From positions 44,025-108,024 of the forward strand of contig JACRMP010000025.1 of assembly GCA_016214885.1 (NCBI GenBank): a DNA stretch of 64,000 bases, read 5' to 3'. The notes beneath the pieces were generated by a model. The model saw only the letters and a list, made by a program, of their open reading frames with translations, was not told where the DNA came from and ran no database searches. The stretch is from Candidatus Gottesmanbacteria bacterium. Its GTDB lineage: Bacteria; Patescibacteriota; Microgenomatia; UBA10105; UBA927. Positions 1 through 10,163 of this stretch are shown piece by piece. A program made the position numbers and the translations under genes. The stretch's first letter is position 1, and each line of letters begins with the position of its first letter.

Positions 1-394
1 CGGTTTGGCGGACAAAAAACAAGCCACATCCATTCTTGCTTTCGCAAAAAAGCACACATGGAACGGCTGGACTATGGAAAACAGCTTTCCCGTATATCCG
101 ATTTGGCGTGTGCCGCTTTTACATATGCTTATCGGTATGCGTGATTATCATAACGGCCTTATTTGGCTGCAGCCGGGGATTCTTTATGCTGTTGCCCAGT
201 GTATTGCCGGTAACAGGCGGGAGGCAAAAACGGTATTTCGTCACATCGCAGAAAAAGTAATCAGGACGCGGGGAGTGCATGAGGTATATGAACGGAGCGG
301 TACTCCCGTCAAGCGGTGGGTTTACCGTTCAGAACAGCCTTTTGCCTGGTCATCGGGATTATTTGTTTGGGCATCGCATATACTGGAGGGATAA
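1..394 (+). CDS. C-terminal fragment of a six-hairpin glycoside hydrolase (GH15/debranching-enzyme-like); the gene starts upstream of the window
   Basis: The ORF runs into the window edge. The C-terminal motif ...EVYERSGTPV...QPFAWSSGLFVWA is typical of (alpha/alpha)6 glycosidases. Confidence 0.4.
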   Translation, partial: GLADKKQATSILAFAKKHTWNGWTMENSFPVYPIWRVPLLHMLIGMRDYHNGLIWLQPGILYAVAQCIAGNRREAKTVFRHIAEKVIRTRGVHEVYERSGTPVKRWVYRSEQPFAWSSGLFVWASHILEG

Positions 395-395
395 T

Positions 396-1112
396 ATGAA
401 ACAAACGCTTACCGTCATCATTCCGGCTTTTAATGAAGAACGCACCCTGTCATCGGTAGTAGAGATTGTGAGAAGCTGGGGTAAAGCCGCGGAGATTTTT
501 GTTGTCGATGATGGCTCTACAGACCAGACAAGTAAAAGTGTGCGGCAATTTGTTCCCGATATCCGTCTTATCCGGCACGCCAAAAATCAGGGTAAGGCGT
601 CAGCGATGGTGGATGGTGTGGTCAAAAGCCGGGGGGATATTATTATGTTTTTGGACGCCGACACCGTGGGGCTCACCCATCGGGATTTGGATGCCATGGT
701 AACACCTGTTATAAAAGGGTCCGCAGACATGGTATTAGGGGCGGCAAGGTTTTGGTCGGCGGGTAAATTTGAACCGTTCAATAGTCTTACCGGCCAGCGG
801 GTGATACTGCGCAAGCATATTATGCCGCATATACCTGACATGCGTGGCTTGGGGTATGGCGTCGAATTATTCCTGAACAAAAAACACGAAAGCCTCCGGG
901 TACGCACAGTGCGGCTTCCTCATGTGTTTATTTTGGGTAAGCTCGATAAGCAAACACTTCCCGACGCGTTTATTACGTACATAAAAGAAATCCGTGAATT
1001 GCTACTGCAGCTTCTTACCCAATACGCCGATGAAATAGGCCCGCATGCGAAACGGATTGTCAAAGAGGTTATCCGGTATACGCTGCGGATTATCGATATG
1101 CTACTGTCGTAA
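396..1112 (+). CDS. Family 2 glycosyltransferase (dolichol/polyprenol-phosphate sugar transferase-like)
   Basis: VIIPAFNEE...VVDDGSTD...FLDAD motifs of the GT2 fold. A GGAGGG RBS at 385-390 precedes the ATG at 396; the longer ORF from 279 overlaps the upstream gene. Confidence 0.8.
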   Translation: MKQTLTVIIPAFNEERTLSSVVEIVRSWGKAAEIFVVDDGSTDQTSKSVRQFVPDIRLIRHAKNQGKASAMVDGVVKSRGDIIMFLDADTVGLTHRDLDAMVTPVIKGSADMVLGAARFWSAGKFEPFNSLTGQRVILRKHIMPHIPDMRGLGYGVELFLNKKHESLRVRTVRLPHVFILGKLDKQTLPDAFITYIKEIRELLLQLLTQYADEIGPHAKRIVKEVIRYTLRIIDMLLS

Positions 1113-1115
1113 GAT

Positions 1116-2210
1116 ATGGACGCTGACCTGCCCTTTTTTGTGGGGTTTAGTGAATTTCCCGGTATCGGACCCATGCGGTTCCGGCTTCTGTACGAGTATT
1201 TCGGTTCAGCCATGGCTGCGTGGAAAGCTTCTGCTATGGAGCTAACCCATATCGGGCTGGGTTCTACATTAACTGAAGAATTCCACGCATTCAGAAGTAC
1301 TACCGATCCGGAAAAATCATTGGACAATTTGACCCGCCATCATGTGGCCGCGGTGGCGATTACTGATATACGGTATCCCAAGTTGCTTAAACAAATTACC
1401 GATGCCCCGTTCGTGTTATATGTGAAAGGCAAGCGGGGGGAAACACCCATAAACCTTTCGCGTACTGTCGGGGTGGTCGGCGCGCGGAAAGTAAGCGGGT
1501 ATGGCGCCGAGGTGACCGAGCGCATCGCCGGTGGCTTGGCGCAGTCAGGCTGTACGGTTGTGTCCGGTATGGCATATGGGGTTGACGCTATTGCACACGC
1601 CTCGGCACTCGATGCAGGGGGATCAACGGTTGCCGTATTGGGGTGCGGGGTGGACATCATTGCGCCAGCAGGAAATAGCAGGTTATACCGGGATATTATT
1701 GAAAGCGGTAGGGGGGCTGTAGTATCGGAAATGCCGCTTGGGTTCCGGCCAAGCAGGGGATTGTTTCCTGCCAGAAACCGGATTATATCGGGGTTAAGCC
1801 TTGGCATTGTGGTTACGGAGGGCGCTCAGGATAGCGGATCGCTTATTACAGCGCGCTACGCCGCTGAGCAAGGGAGGGAAGTCTTTGCCGTGCCCGGAGC
1901 CATCACGAATCCCAACAGCCGGGGACCCGCTAAACTTATTAAAAACGGGGCAACGCTCATTGAATCTGCCGCCGATATTTTGTCTGAAATCGGTCTTTCA
2001 GGCAATACCGAAAAGCCGGAAAAAACACACCCGACATTGTCAAACGGTGAGCAATGTATATACAATTATCTATCGAACGGGCGCGGCCATATTGACGACA
2101 TCATAAGGGGCACAGGCTTGACCGCCCCTGAAGCCGCTGGTATCCTTACCGTTCTCGAAATTAAGGGGTTAGTTAAGGATTACGGTGAAAAATTATTTGG
2201 GCTAGTATAA
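1116..2210 (+). CDS. dprA: DNA processing protein DprA (Smf)
   Basis: Rossmann core VVGARKVSGYG...VVSGMAYGVDAIAH...VLGCGVD...ARNRIISGLS, plus N-terminal SAM/HhH and C-terminal wHTH regions. Confidence 0.85.
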   Translation: MDADLPFFVGFSEFPGIGPMRFRLLYEYFGSAMAAWKASAMELTHIGLGSTLTEEFHAFRSTTDPEKSLDNLTRHHVAAVAITDIRYPKLLKQITDAPFVLYVKGKRGETPINLSRTVGVVGARKVSGYGAEVTERIAGGLAQSGCTVVSGMAYGVDAIAHASALDAGGSTVAVLGCGVDIIAPAGNSRLYRDIIESGRGAVVSEMPLGFRPSRGLFPARNRIISGLSLGIVVTEGAQDSGSLITARYAAEQGREVFAVPGAITNPNSRGPAKLIKNGATLIESAADILSEIGLSGNTEKPEKTHPTLSNGEQCIYNYLSNGRGHIDDIIRGTGLTAPEAAGILTVLEIKGLVKDYGEKLFGLV

Positions 2211-2317
2211 ATTTTTTTAGGAAGGAAAGAGAGTAGCGGCCTAGTTTTTGCGGGAGCAAAAATCGACTTAGTCGAGTCGCGTGGAGAGGAAACTATTAGT
2301 GTCCTATCCAGAATGAT

Positions 2318-4348
2318 ATGAAATTGATTATTGTTGAATCACCAACCAAAGCACGTACTCTGTCGCGGTTTTTGGGGAGCGCCTACCGCATCGAAGCGTC
2401 TATGGGGCATGTACGGGATTTGCCCAAAAGCGCGCTTGGTGTCGATGTGGAACATGATTTTACCCCCAGTTACATTATCCCCCGGGACAAAACCAAACAG
2501 GTGAATGCCCTCAAGGATGTTGCCGCAAAGGCAGATGAAGTGATCCTTGCCACCGACCCTGACCGTGAGGGAGAAGCAATCGCATTTCATATAGCGGAAA
2601 TACTTCGCGGTATGAAGGAAAAGAAAGCAAAGAAATCCAAAAAAGAACCGGAGCAATCCCCGGAAACATTCAAGAGAATTGTGTTTCATGAAATTACCGA
2701 AACGGCAATCAAAGAGGCACTTAATCATCCGAGGTTTCTGGATCTTCAGCTTGTCGACGCGCAGCAGGCACGCCGGGTTCTGGACCGCCTGGTAGGATAT
2801 AAATTATCACCGTTATTATGGAAGAAATTATCCAAGCGGTGGTTGTCGGCGGGCAGAGTGCAGTCAGTGGCTGTCCGGCTTATCGTAGAGCGTGAACGGG
2901 AAATCCAAAAATTTGCATCCGTTGAGTTTTGGACGATTGCCGGTGAGTTTGGTTCCGGCGGACAAATGCTTACTGCCGCCCTGGTGTCCCATGACGGAGT
3001 GAAATACGAGAAGCCTCTGACTTTTACTCTTTTTGACGGAACGTATACGACGATGAGTTCGCTTATCCCGGATGAAGCATCGGCTAAAGCGGTGATACAG
3101 GATTTGAGTAAACCTTACACGGTGAGCGCTGTTGATAAAAAGGAGGTACGGCGTAACCCGGCGGCTCCCTATACCACCAGCACCCTGCAGCAGGATGCGG
3201 GGAGAAAGCTGTATTTTTCTTCCAAAAAAACTATGCAGCTGGCACAGAAATTATACGAAGAAGGCTACATCACCTATCACCGAACCGACAGTGTTAATTT
3301 ATCGGAAAAATTTATCGATGAAGCAAGAAGTTTTCTTGGCAGTGAATACGGTGCTGCATTTGTTCCCTCAGCTGCCCGGAGATACAAAACTAAATCCAAA
3401 GTGGCGCAGGAAGCACACGAAGCCATACGTCCTACGGTGGTCACGAGAAAATATGATGCGATACAGGAAGGGGAGTTTAACCGTGATCATCTAAGGCTTT
3501 ATGACCTTATATGGAAACGGGCAGTTGCCAGCCAGGCAGCTGAAGCAGTGTTTGATTCGACTACTATCCGGATAACCAGCGGGAATGACTATCAGTTTGA
3601 GACATCAGGTTCGGTGATTAAATTTGAGGGGTTTCTCAAAGTTATCGGCAGGGATGCGGAGGAAACGGTAATTCCGGCGGTGTCAGTGGGGCAGGAGTTG
3701 GTATTATCGGCTGTCGTTCCCACCCAGCATGTCACCAGTCCACCACCCCGGTATACCGAGGCAAGTTTGGTTAAAACGTTGGAAGAGAAGGGTATCGGCA
3801 GACCGAGTACCTATGCCCCCATTCTTTCTACGATTGTGGACAGGCAGTATGTGATCCGTGAAGAAAAGAAAATGATTCCTACGGAATTGGGGTTTGCCGT
3901 GACGGATTTTCTGGTGCAGTATTTTCCAAATATTTTAGACCTGCCATTTACCGCCCACATGGAAGATGATTTGGATGCGATCGCTAACGGGGAGAAAGAG
4001 TGGGTTCCGGTGATTGCGGAATTTTATGCGCCATTCAGCAAGAGTATCGAAAAGACCTACGTGGAAGCAGATAAGGTGAAGTTAGCAGAAGAGATGATCG
4101 ATGAGAAGTGTCCGACGTGTGGCCACGAACTCGTAATCAGGACAGGCAAGTTCGGCAAGTTTATTGCCTGTACAAATTTTCCTGAATGCACTTACACGCG
4201 TCAGTACGGGGAAAAAGTAGACATCAAATGTCCGCGGTGCGGCGGCGATATAGTGGTCAAGAAAAGTAAACGAGGGAAGAAATTTTACGGGTGCAGTAAT
4301 TACCCGACGTGTACGTTTGCCGCCTGGAAAAAAGAAGATATTAAGTGA
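2318..4348 (+). CDS. topA: DNA topoisomerase I
   Basis: TOPRIM N-terminus MKLIIVESPTKART, the catalytic region with YITYHRTDS, and two C-terminal Cys4 zinc ribbons (CPTCGH...CTNFPEC; CPRCGG...CSNYPTC). Confidence 0.95.
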   Translation: MKLIIVESPTKARTLSRFLGSAYRIEASMGHVRDLPKSALGVDVEHDFTPSYIIPRDKTKQVNALKDVAAKADEVILATDPDREGEAIAFHIAEILRGMKEKKAKKSKKEPEQSPETFKRIVFHEITETAIKEALNHPRFLDLQLVDAQQARRVLDRLVGYKLSPLLWKKLSKRWLSAGRVQSVAVRLIVEREREIQKFASVEFWTIAGEFGSGGQMLTAALVSHDGVKYEKPLTFTLFDGTYTTMSSLIPDEASAKAVIQDLSKPYTVSAVDKKEVRRNPAAPYTTSTLQQDAGRKLYFSSKKTMQLAQKLYEEGYITYHRTDSVNLSEKFIDEARSFLGSEYGAAFVPSAARRYKTKSKVAQEAHEAIRPTVVTRKYDAIQEGEFNRDHLRLYDLIWKRAVASQAAEAVFDSTTIRITSGNDYQFETSGSVIKFEGFLKVIGRDAEETVIPAVSVGQELVLSAVVPTQHVTSPPPRYTEASLVKTLEEKGIGRPSTYAPILSTIVDRQYVIREEKKMIPTELGFAVTDFLVQYFPNILDLPFTAHMEDDLDAIANGEKEWVPVIAEFYAPFSKSIEKTYVEADKVKLAEEMIDEKCPTCGHELVIRTGKFGKFIACTNFPECTYTRQYGEKVDIKCPRCGGDIVVKKSKRGKKFYGCSNYPTCTFAAWKKEDIK

Positions 4349-4360
4349 GTCCGTTTCACG

Positions 4361-4732
4361 TTGCCTACTTGTGATATAGTTATATCTATGGATGATCGCA
4401 GAAAAACCATTGCCGCACTCACGATCATTATCGGGGTAATCGTCCTTGTTGTCATCATTATCGGTATTATTGTTTCCGGAAAAAAAGTAGTTTCGCCGGT
4501 ACCTGATGAAGGGGCAATCAGAGTCATATTTATGAGCCCTACCCCAATCGTAGCCGTTACGGTTGAGCCAACCCCCACCGTCACCGTTAAGCCGGCAGCA
4601 ACAACCAAGCCAACAGCAAAGCCCCAGGCAACCGCTACTCCCAGACCGAGTCCCAGCGCAACACCTACCGCGGGGAGTACGACACCTACCGTGACTCCAA
4701 CACGCACACCTACTCCCAGTCCAACGCCTTAA
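4361..4732 (+). CDS. Hypothetical membrane-anchored protein with a Pro/Thr-rich low-complexity tail
   Basis: A single N-terminal TM helix followed by a (T/P/A)-rich linker. The antisense ORF 4300..4707 is its compositional shadow. Confidence 0.45.
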   Translation: MPTCDIVISMDDRRKTIAALTIIIGVIVLVVIIIGIIVSGKKVVSPVPDEGAIRVIFMSPTPIVAVTVEPTPTVTVKPAATTKPTAKPQATATPRPSPSATPTAGSTTPTVTPTRTPTPSPTP

Positions 4733-4734
4733 CC

Positions 4735-5307
4735 ATGGAATTCCTGCTCGCGTATGATCAAAAATTATTTTATCTGGTTAACCGGCTTCCGCATACACCG
4801 CTTTTTCATACCATAGCGCTTTTTTTATCAGGTGTGGGTTTGGGAGCACTCCTTTGGGTGGGTATCGGACTTATCCTGTTTCTCAGGGAAGAAAAAAAGG
4901 ATCACCGTTTTTTTATCCCGATTGGGCTGGCACTGGGGATGAGTTGGATGATTGTTGAGCTGTTGCTTAAGAATATTGTTATGCGAGCCCGTCCGTTTGT
5001 GAACGCGATAGATGGGGTGATAGTTGTGGGTGGCGAAGCGTCTGGATATTCATTTCCGTCTTCACATGCCACCACGGCATTTGCGATGGCGGTAGTGTTA
5101 TCTTATTTTGAACCGCGGCTGAAAGAGGTATTTTTTGTGCTGGCGGCCTTTGTTTCTTTATCCCGGGTATATATGGGAGTGCATTTTCCGGTAGATATAG
5201 CAGCAGGAGCCATTATCGGGGTGTGTATTGGTATCGGATCTGTCCGCGTAGCCTTACAAGTATCACGGTTGAAGCGTGTATCGTCGCAAAAAAAGAAGAG
5301 CAGGTAG
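4735..5307 (+). CDS. PAP2-family lipid phosphatase (undecaprenyl-diphosphate/phosphatidate phosphatase-like)
   Basis: PAP2 motifs K..RARPF, SFPSSH and SRVYMGVHFPVD; about 5 TM helices. Confidence 0.75.
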   Translation: MEFLLAYDQKLFYLVNRLPHTPLFHTIALFLSGVGLGALLWVGIGLILFLREEKKDHRFFIPIGLALGMSWMIVELLLKNIVMRARPFVNAIDGVIVVGGEASGYSFPSSHATTAFAMAVVLSYFEPRLKEVFFVLAAFVSLSRVYMGVHFPVDIAAGAIIGVCIGIGSVRVALQVSRLKRVSSQKKKSR

Positions 5308-5316
5308 TGTATCTAT

Positions 5317-7077
5317 TCAACGGGTAATTTTGTAAATGACAGAAACCCCGTCATCATAAACGACATCAAACTTCCAGCTGATAGCCTCGGGAATGCTCAC
5401 CGCCACATCTTCCTGAATCGTAACGCCCGGCGTGGGAGCTTCGTTTCTGAAGGCATATGATGGGTAGCGATGCCTAGCCGCGCGAAGTCGCGCCATATCG
5501 ACAGGGTTAGTATGATACAGCGTAATTGGACGAAATATAACCGCCGGTATCCAGAGCCCTGCATCATCATAGCGGTTCCATATAACATCATGTACGTTTG
5601 TGTGTGCGGCAAGCCAGGATAATGCCTTCATGGAGGTTATTGATACTCCTTCATTATTTTTTGCTTCCGCAAGGAACTGGGTTACATGGAGACGCGGTAT
5701 AAACACCAAAAGCATAAGCGCGATGCTTGTTAGATACAGCGCGCGGCTATATTTCCTTGTTTCATACAGGAGTAACGCCACGCTCCAGGCTATGGGGATT
5801 AGCAGAATAAGTGAAGTACGGTACGGATACAGGATTGAAGACAGGGGGAGCCACCAATGTCTTGCGTTTATGGTAAAGAAGTAAACAATCCCGGTAATAT
5901 ACAAAAAGAAGAAGATTAGCTTCCGGTGCGATCTAAACAATAGTATGCCCGCCGCAGTAAAAAGCAACAAGAGCTGTGTGTCCGTGAGAGCGCTTATTAT
6001 TCCCGAGATTTCGGTGAGTCCTTTCCAGGAAAAAGTACCCGTCCATGCAGATGTTTCTTCCCAGTGAAGCGTTTGTATATATTGCCGGGTGGCATCGGGT
6101 AGTTTCCAGCCCGATCTCAGAATTTTTATAATAAACGGAAAAACAGTCATGGTGGCAATTATTATGCTCCGGGCATATGGCGCTATCAGCGTTTGTATCC
6201 GGCGGCCTGCCGGGAATATTAAGAGCGTAAGCGGTATACATAGGTATATTGCCGTAATGACAAACATGTAATTGGTTAATAAAGACGCATATACAACAAG
6301 AGCGATAAGTAAGGGATATTTGCCCTTGTTGTGCAGGAAAATGGCAACGGCAAAAAATAATAACGTGAGCGAAAGTACGGAAGGGTTTGCTCCCCAGGCA
6401 ATAAATAAGTGAGGATTGGTGCTCGTCCATGCAACGATAACAGAAGTCACGGCACTGATAAAAAAAGGAAACCGAGACCGGAGGATTACATAGAGTGAAA
6501 AGTCGAAGAGAAAATGGGCTACTCCGGAGAGTATGAGTGCGTTAGTATAGACCGGCAGGGTATTGAATAGGGTCATGGCCGCAATGATGGTAGAAAATCC
6601 GAACGGATACAGCCCGAAATCGTTCACAGGCAGGATTGGTATGAAGGTACGGGGGAATCCATCAGTATTCGCAATAAGTGCAGCGATATAGGTATGCATA
6701 GACATATCCTTGCCGCCCGGAGTTATCTGCTGGGATATAAGATATAGCTGCGGGGTAAGCAGAGCGCCAATAAACAAAAGGATCGCGGCGTTGTGTAGTA
6801 ACGCGTGCTTGTTCCGTTGGGATGCCGGGTATTGTCCGCGCCAAAGATATACACTGGCACCGAGTGTCAGGCCAAGCGTTGCCGCAATAAATATGGTTAG
6901 AGAGACCGGAGTAATGGAGAGCCACCAGAATCCAACAATCCAGTAGGTGAGGGATACGGCAACGGCTAAGGGAATTTTTTCTAAGACGGAAAGCTCTTCC
7001 GCGAATTTTTTCTGGAAAATAATGATACTCCCCGGGACCAATAATACAGTAAGGGTCAGAATAAGCGGCACTATCAT
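5317..7077 (-). CDS. Large polytopic membrane protein, putative GT-C-type glycosyltransferase or glycan polymerase with a C-terminal soluble domain
   Basis: More than 12 predicted TM helices over ~450 aa, then a ~120 aa hydrophilic C-terminus. No motif could be recognised by eye. It lies between the PAP2 and UppP genes. Confidence 0.45.
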   Translation of the reverse strand: MIVPLILTLTVLLVPGSIIIFQKKFAEELSVLEKIPLAVAVSLTYWIVGFWWLSITPVSLTIFIAATLGLTLGASVYLWRGQYPASQRNKHALLHNAAILLFIGALLTPQLYLISQQITPGGKDMSMHTYIAALIANTDGFPRTFIPILPVNDFGLYPFGFSTIIAAMTLFNTLPVYTNALILSGVAHFLFDFSLYVILRSRFPFFISAVTSVIVAWTSTNPHLFIAWGANPSVLSLTLLFFAVAIFLHNKGKYPLLIALVVYASLLTNYMFVITAIYLCIPLTLLIFPAGRRIQTLIAPYARSIIIATMTVFPFIIKILRSGWKLPDATRQYIQTLHWEETSAWTGTFSWKGLTEISGIISALTDTQLLLLFTAAGILLFRSHRKLIFFFLYITGIVYFFTINARHWWLPLSSILYPYRTSLILLIPIAWSVALLLYETRKYSRALYLTSIALMLLVFIPRLHVTQFLAEAKNNEGVSITSMKALSWLAAHTNVHDVIWNRYDDAGLWIPAVIFRPITLYHTNPVDMARLRAARHRYPSYAFRNEAPTPGVTIQEDVAVSIPEAISWKFDVVYDDGVSVIYKITR

Positions 7078-7862
7078 AAAGAAATTATCGTCCAGTAGAT
7101 GCCTGCTACGATAATTCGGTAAATACCGAATCCCGTGAATGTCGACTTGGTTACAAACCGGATAAATCCTTTGATGACAATAAATGCGGTGATCCAGGAT
7201 ACTACAAAACCGGTGGCTAAAATACCGAGCTCGCCGGGGGTAAATGCATGCGCATTTTTAAGTAGATCCAATCCGGTAGCGGCGGCCATAGTCGGAACTG
7301 CAAGCAGAAACGACAGCTCAACGGCGTCCTTGCGGGATAAACCGGAAAGCATACCGCCGACAATAGTTGCTCCTGCCCGTGAAACTCCGGGTATCATGGA
7401 AAAAGACTGGAATAGACCTATGGTGATAAGCGTTTTAGTAGACAGGGTCATAAGCGTTGCAGTGTTTTTTTGGGGATGTGCCCGCCAGTACCACTCAATC
7501 GCGATCAGAACCAAGCCTACTCCGGCTAATGCTGCTACGACTACCATGTCATTATTCAGAAGATGGGTTTTAATTGTTTTATAAAGCAATACTCCCAGCA
7601 CGCCTGTCGGCAGAAATGCGATAAAAATTGGTTTAATTATTTTTGGTTCACCCAGTATCCTGCGGAAATAAAGCGAAACCACTGCCATTATCGCACCCAA
7701 CTGGATAAAAATATCAAAACTCTTGGTAAATTCGGTAGCGGGAATACCCAGTAATTTTGAGGCTAAAATAAGATGCCCTGTCGAAGAAACGGGGAGAAAT
7801 TCGGTAATTCCCTCAATAATCGAGAGAAATACGACATGAATTATTTCCATGACATTCATCAT
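7074..7862 (-). CDS. uppP: Undecaprenyl-diphosphatase UppP (BacA)
   Basis: Signature EGITEFLPVSSTGHLIL and the SRSGATI-like motif (SRAGATIVGG). The ORF could extend to 7904, but the Met cluster at 7857-7862 fits the family N-terminus. Confidence 0.85.
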   Translation of the reverse strand: MMNVMEIIHVVFLSIIEGITEFLPVSSTGHLILASKLLGIPATEFTKSFDIFIQLGAIMAVVSLYFRRILGEPKIIKPIFIAFLPTGVLGVLLYKTIKTHLLNNDMVVVAALAGVGLVLIAIEWYWRAHPQKNTATLMTLSTKTLITIGLFQSFSMIPGVSRAGATIVGGMLSGLSRKDAVELSFLLAVPTMAAATGLDLLKNAHAFTPGELGILATGFVVSWITAFIVIKGFIRFVTKSTFTGFGIYRIIVAGIYWTIISL

Positions 7863-7876
7863 ACCAGATTGATATA

Positions 7877-8428
7877 ATGAATCCCATGATACGCATGAAC
7901 GCAAAGGAGTTAAGGACTACAGAGGTGGATCCGGCTATCGCTGCATCTATCGCGAAAAATCGCATTACCATTATTTGTGACAATGTACTTGATACCTATA
8001 ACGTGGGATCAATATTTCGGCTTGCAGATGCTGTGGCGGCAGAAAAAGTAATTTTATGCGGAGCAACCCTTACGCCGCCTAACTCCCGTATAAAAAAAGC
8101 ATCCATTAATACCACGGGGTGGGTTAATTGGGAATATAGCATAACCGCAAAAGAAGCGGTGGAAAAGCTGAAAAAAGAAACCCCCGGTATAGCCGTTGTT
8201 GCGGTGGAGCAGGATAGCCGCAGCAAGCCGTTTTATCAGGTGAAATACACATTACCGCTTGTCATAATTGTGGGTAACGAAACATCGGGCGTTTCCCCTG
8301 AGGTGCTTGATATGGCAGATCTTATTGTCGAGATGCCGATGTGGGGAATAAATACCTCACTGAATGTTATGGTGTCGGCGGGTATTATCCTTTACGAAAT
8401 CATGAAGCAGCAGGCTCCCGGGCATTAG
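7877..8428 (+). CDS. SpoU/TrmH-family RNA 2'-O-methyltransferase
   Basis: SPOUT motifs LADAVAAEKVILCG, VIIVGNETSGVS and EMPMWGINTSLNVMVSAGIILYE. Confidence 0.75.
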   Translation: MNPMIRMNAKELRTTEVDPAIAASIAKNRITIICDNVLDTYNVGSIFRLADAVAAEKVILCGATLTPPNSRIKKASINTTGWVNWEYSITAKEAVEKLKKETPGIAVVAVEQDSRSKPFYQVKYTLPLVIIVGNETSGVSPEVLDMADLIVEMPMWGINTSLNVMVSAGIILYEIMKQQAPGH

Positions 8429-8439
8429 ATTGGTCAATT

Positions 8440-9048
8440 ATGATACTCTCGCTGCCGGAAAAAAAGGTAATCTTTTCATTTTTTATTGGTATCCAGGCGG
8501 CAGGTGGAAAAAAGTATGAAGTATTGAATTTGGGTGAGAGCGCCTATGATGTTGATTTTATGATACGACGTTATGAGTTAAGGGGCAAAAAATACAATCC
8601 TGACATCATTGTTATGTTATTGTGCGAATGTGACTTTACCGAACTTGCCGGAGTGATGGATCGTATGGTAGACAAACACGAATATGCCCTGCTTAGGACA
8701 GGGAATATAACTAACACTATGGCGCGTAAAGCTCAGGCAATCAAAGAAGCTCATGACGACCTTATACGCATGACCGATAATAGAATTGAAGCATATCAAC
8801 TCGAAAAATTGCAGGAGTTTCTTAAATCAGTAGACCGGCCGGTGCTTTTGCTGACTGATGATTCAACCAGTCCGCGGGGAGTCCTCGAGTTACGGACAAT
8901 GACAACACTCAGATCCGATATATATTTCAGTATCTTACCCGCCTTTGACCGTTTGCCTGATATGCATCCATCTGCAGAAGGATACCGGCAGATAGCGGAG
9001 GACATATATGGTGATCTGTTGCGTTTTAGTATTATCGCCGTACACTAG
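8440..9048 (+). CDS. SGNH/GDSL-hydrolase-like paralog, N-terminally truncated (lacks block I GDS(L)); possibly a degenerate copy
   Basis: Aligns with the C-terminal two-thirds of the 10841..11842 protein (LNLGESAYDV...YNPDIIVML...DMHPSAEGYRQIAEDIY). No TM anchor and no GDSx nucleophile block. The ORF upstream of 8440 overlaps trmH. Confidence 0.45.
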   Translation: MILSLPEKKVIFSFFIGIQAAGGKKYEVLNLGESAYDVDFMIRRYELRGKKYNPDIIVMLLCECDFTELAGVMDRMVDKHEYALLRTGNITNTMARKAQAIKEAHDDLIRMTDNRIEAYQLEKLQEFLKSVDRPVLLLTDDSTSPRGVLELRTMTTLRSDIYFSILPAFDRLPDMHPSAEGYRQIAEDIYGDLLRFSIIAVH

Positions 9049-9139
9049 CATTGATGAACAAATGGAATAAATACTCTCCGAATTTCCGGTGCCTGTTTTG
9101 CAGGAAATCATGATTTTTCACCATTTGTGATGTAATTAT

Positions 9140-10123
9140 ATGCTGGTAAAGCGGTTATGCCTTATAGGTATAGTGTTTCTGGAGATAGGCATTATTGTCT
9201 GGTGTGTTGTGGCGCTGATCAGAGCAACACACAGCAGGGCTGTGGTGCAACAGTACGCGGTGCGATTGTCTCCGATGGATTATAAGCAGGTGCCGACCGA
9301 GCATCTTGCCAATTATTACGAAATCCTGCCGGGGGTAATCATTGAGGAGCGTCCGCCGTGGGGAGGGGAAGCTGTTTTTCACAAGATAAATAATCAGGGT
9401 CATAATGATCCGGTTGACCGAATGATTTTTAAGCAGCCTGGTGCCTACCGGGTAGTGGCATTGGGCGATTCTTTTACCTTCGGGCAGTATGTTTCCGGGG
9501 ATAAAAATTATCCGTCACGTTTGCATGCCGCCCTGTCGCGGCATATGATGTGCGGTATTTCACCTGAAATGATTAATCTTGGGGTGCCTGGATACGATAT
9601 ACAGTATGCAGTAGAGCGGTTTGTGACACACGGGAGATACTATAATCCTGATCTTATTCTCTGGCTACTTAAGGACGATGATTTTGACGATATCCAGTAA
9701 TATACCCTGCTGCAGAAAGGCATCATAGAAAATGAGGCTTCGGCAGCAGGCAAGACTGCCGAATATACAAAAAAGAAGGGAATATTTTTCCCGGAGGTAA
9801 TGGCGGAAGAACGGCTCCGTGCGGTGTATACGCCGTCGCAAATCCTTTCTTTCCAGCGATCTTACCTCGATGCGTTTATGCCGGCGTATCAGGGGAAGCT
9901 CATTATCTTTACATTTAAGAGTACTAAAAAGGAATATAAGGATATCATGGCGTCATTTGCCCGGGTCAGACCAAATACATGGTTTGCTGATGTCCTCACC
10001 TATAAGGACAGCCGGGTGTGGCGGTTTCCTGACGGACACCCAACGGCAGTCGGGTATGAACAGATGGCGTTTGATATGATGAAGTATCTTACTTCATTGG
10101 GCATCGTGCCGTGCAGCCGATAA
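9140..10123 (+). pseudogene. Membrane-anchored SGNH/GDSL hydrolase paralog interrupted by a single in-frame TAA (9698-9700); both halves are in the same frame
   Basis: The N-half has the TM anchor plus ALGDSFTFG, NLGVPGYD and YNPDLIL. The C-half (from 9800) has the catalytic DGHP block. 9140 and 9800 are congruent mod 3 and no other stop lies between them. Confidence 0.55.
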
Positions 10124-10163
10124 AATTCTCCCAAATCCGGTTTGATACGCTACAATTATACAT

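Noticed and set aside
4300-4707. 135-aa Gly/Val-rich minus-strand ORF
   Set aside because: It is the reverse-complement reading of the Pro/Thr-rich tract. The plus-strand product has a proper TM anchor.
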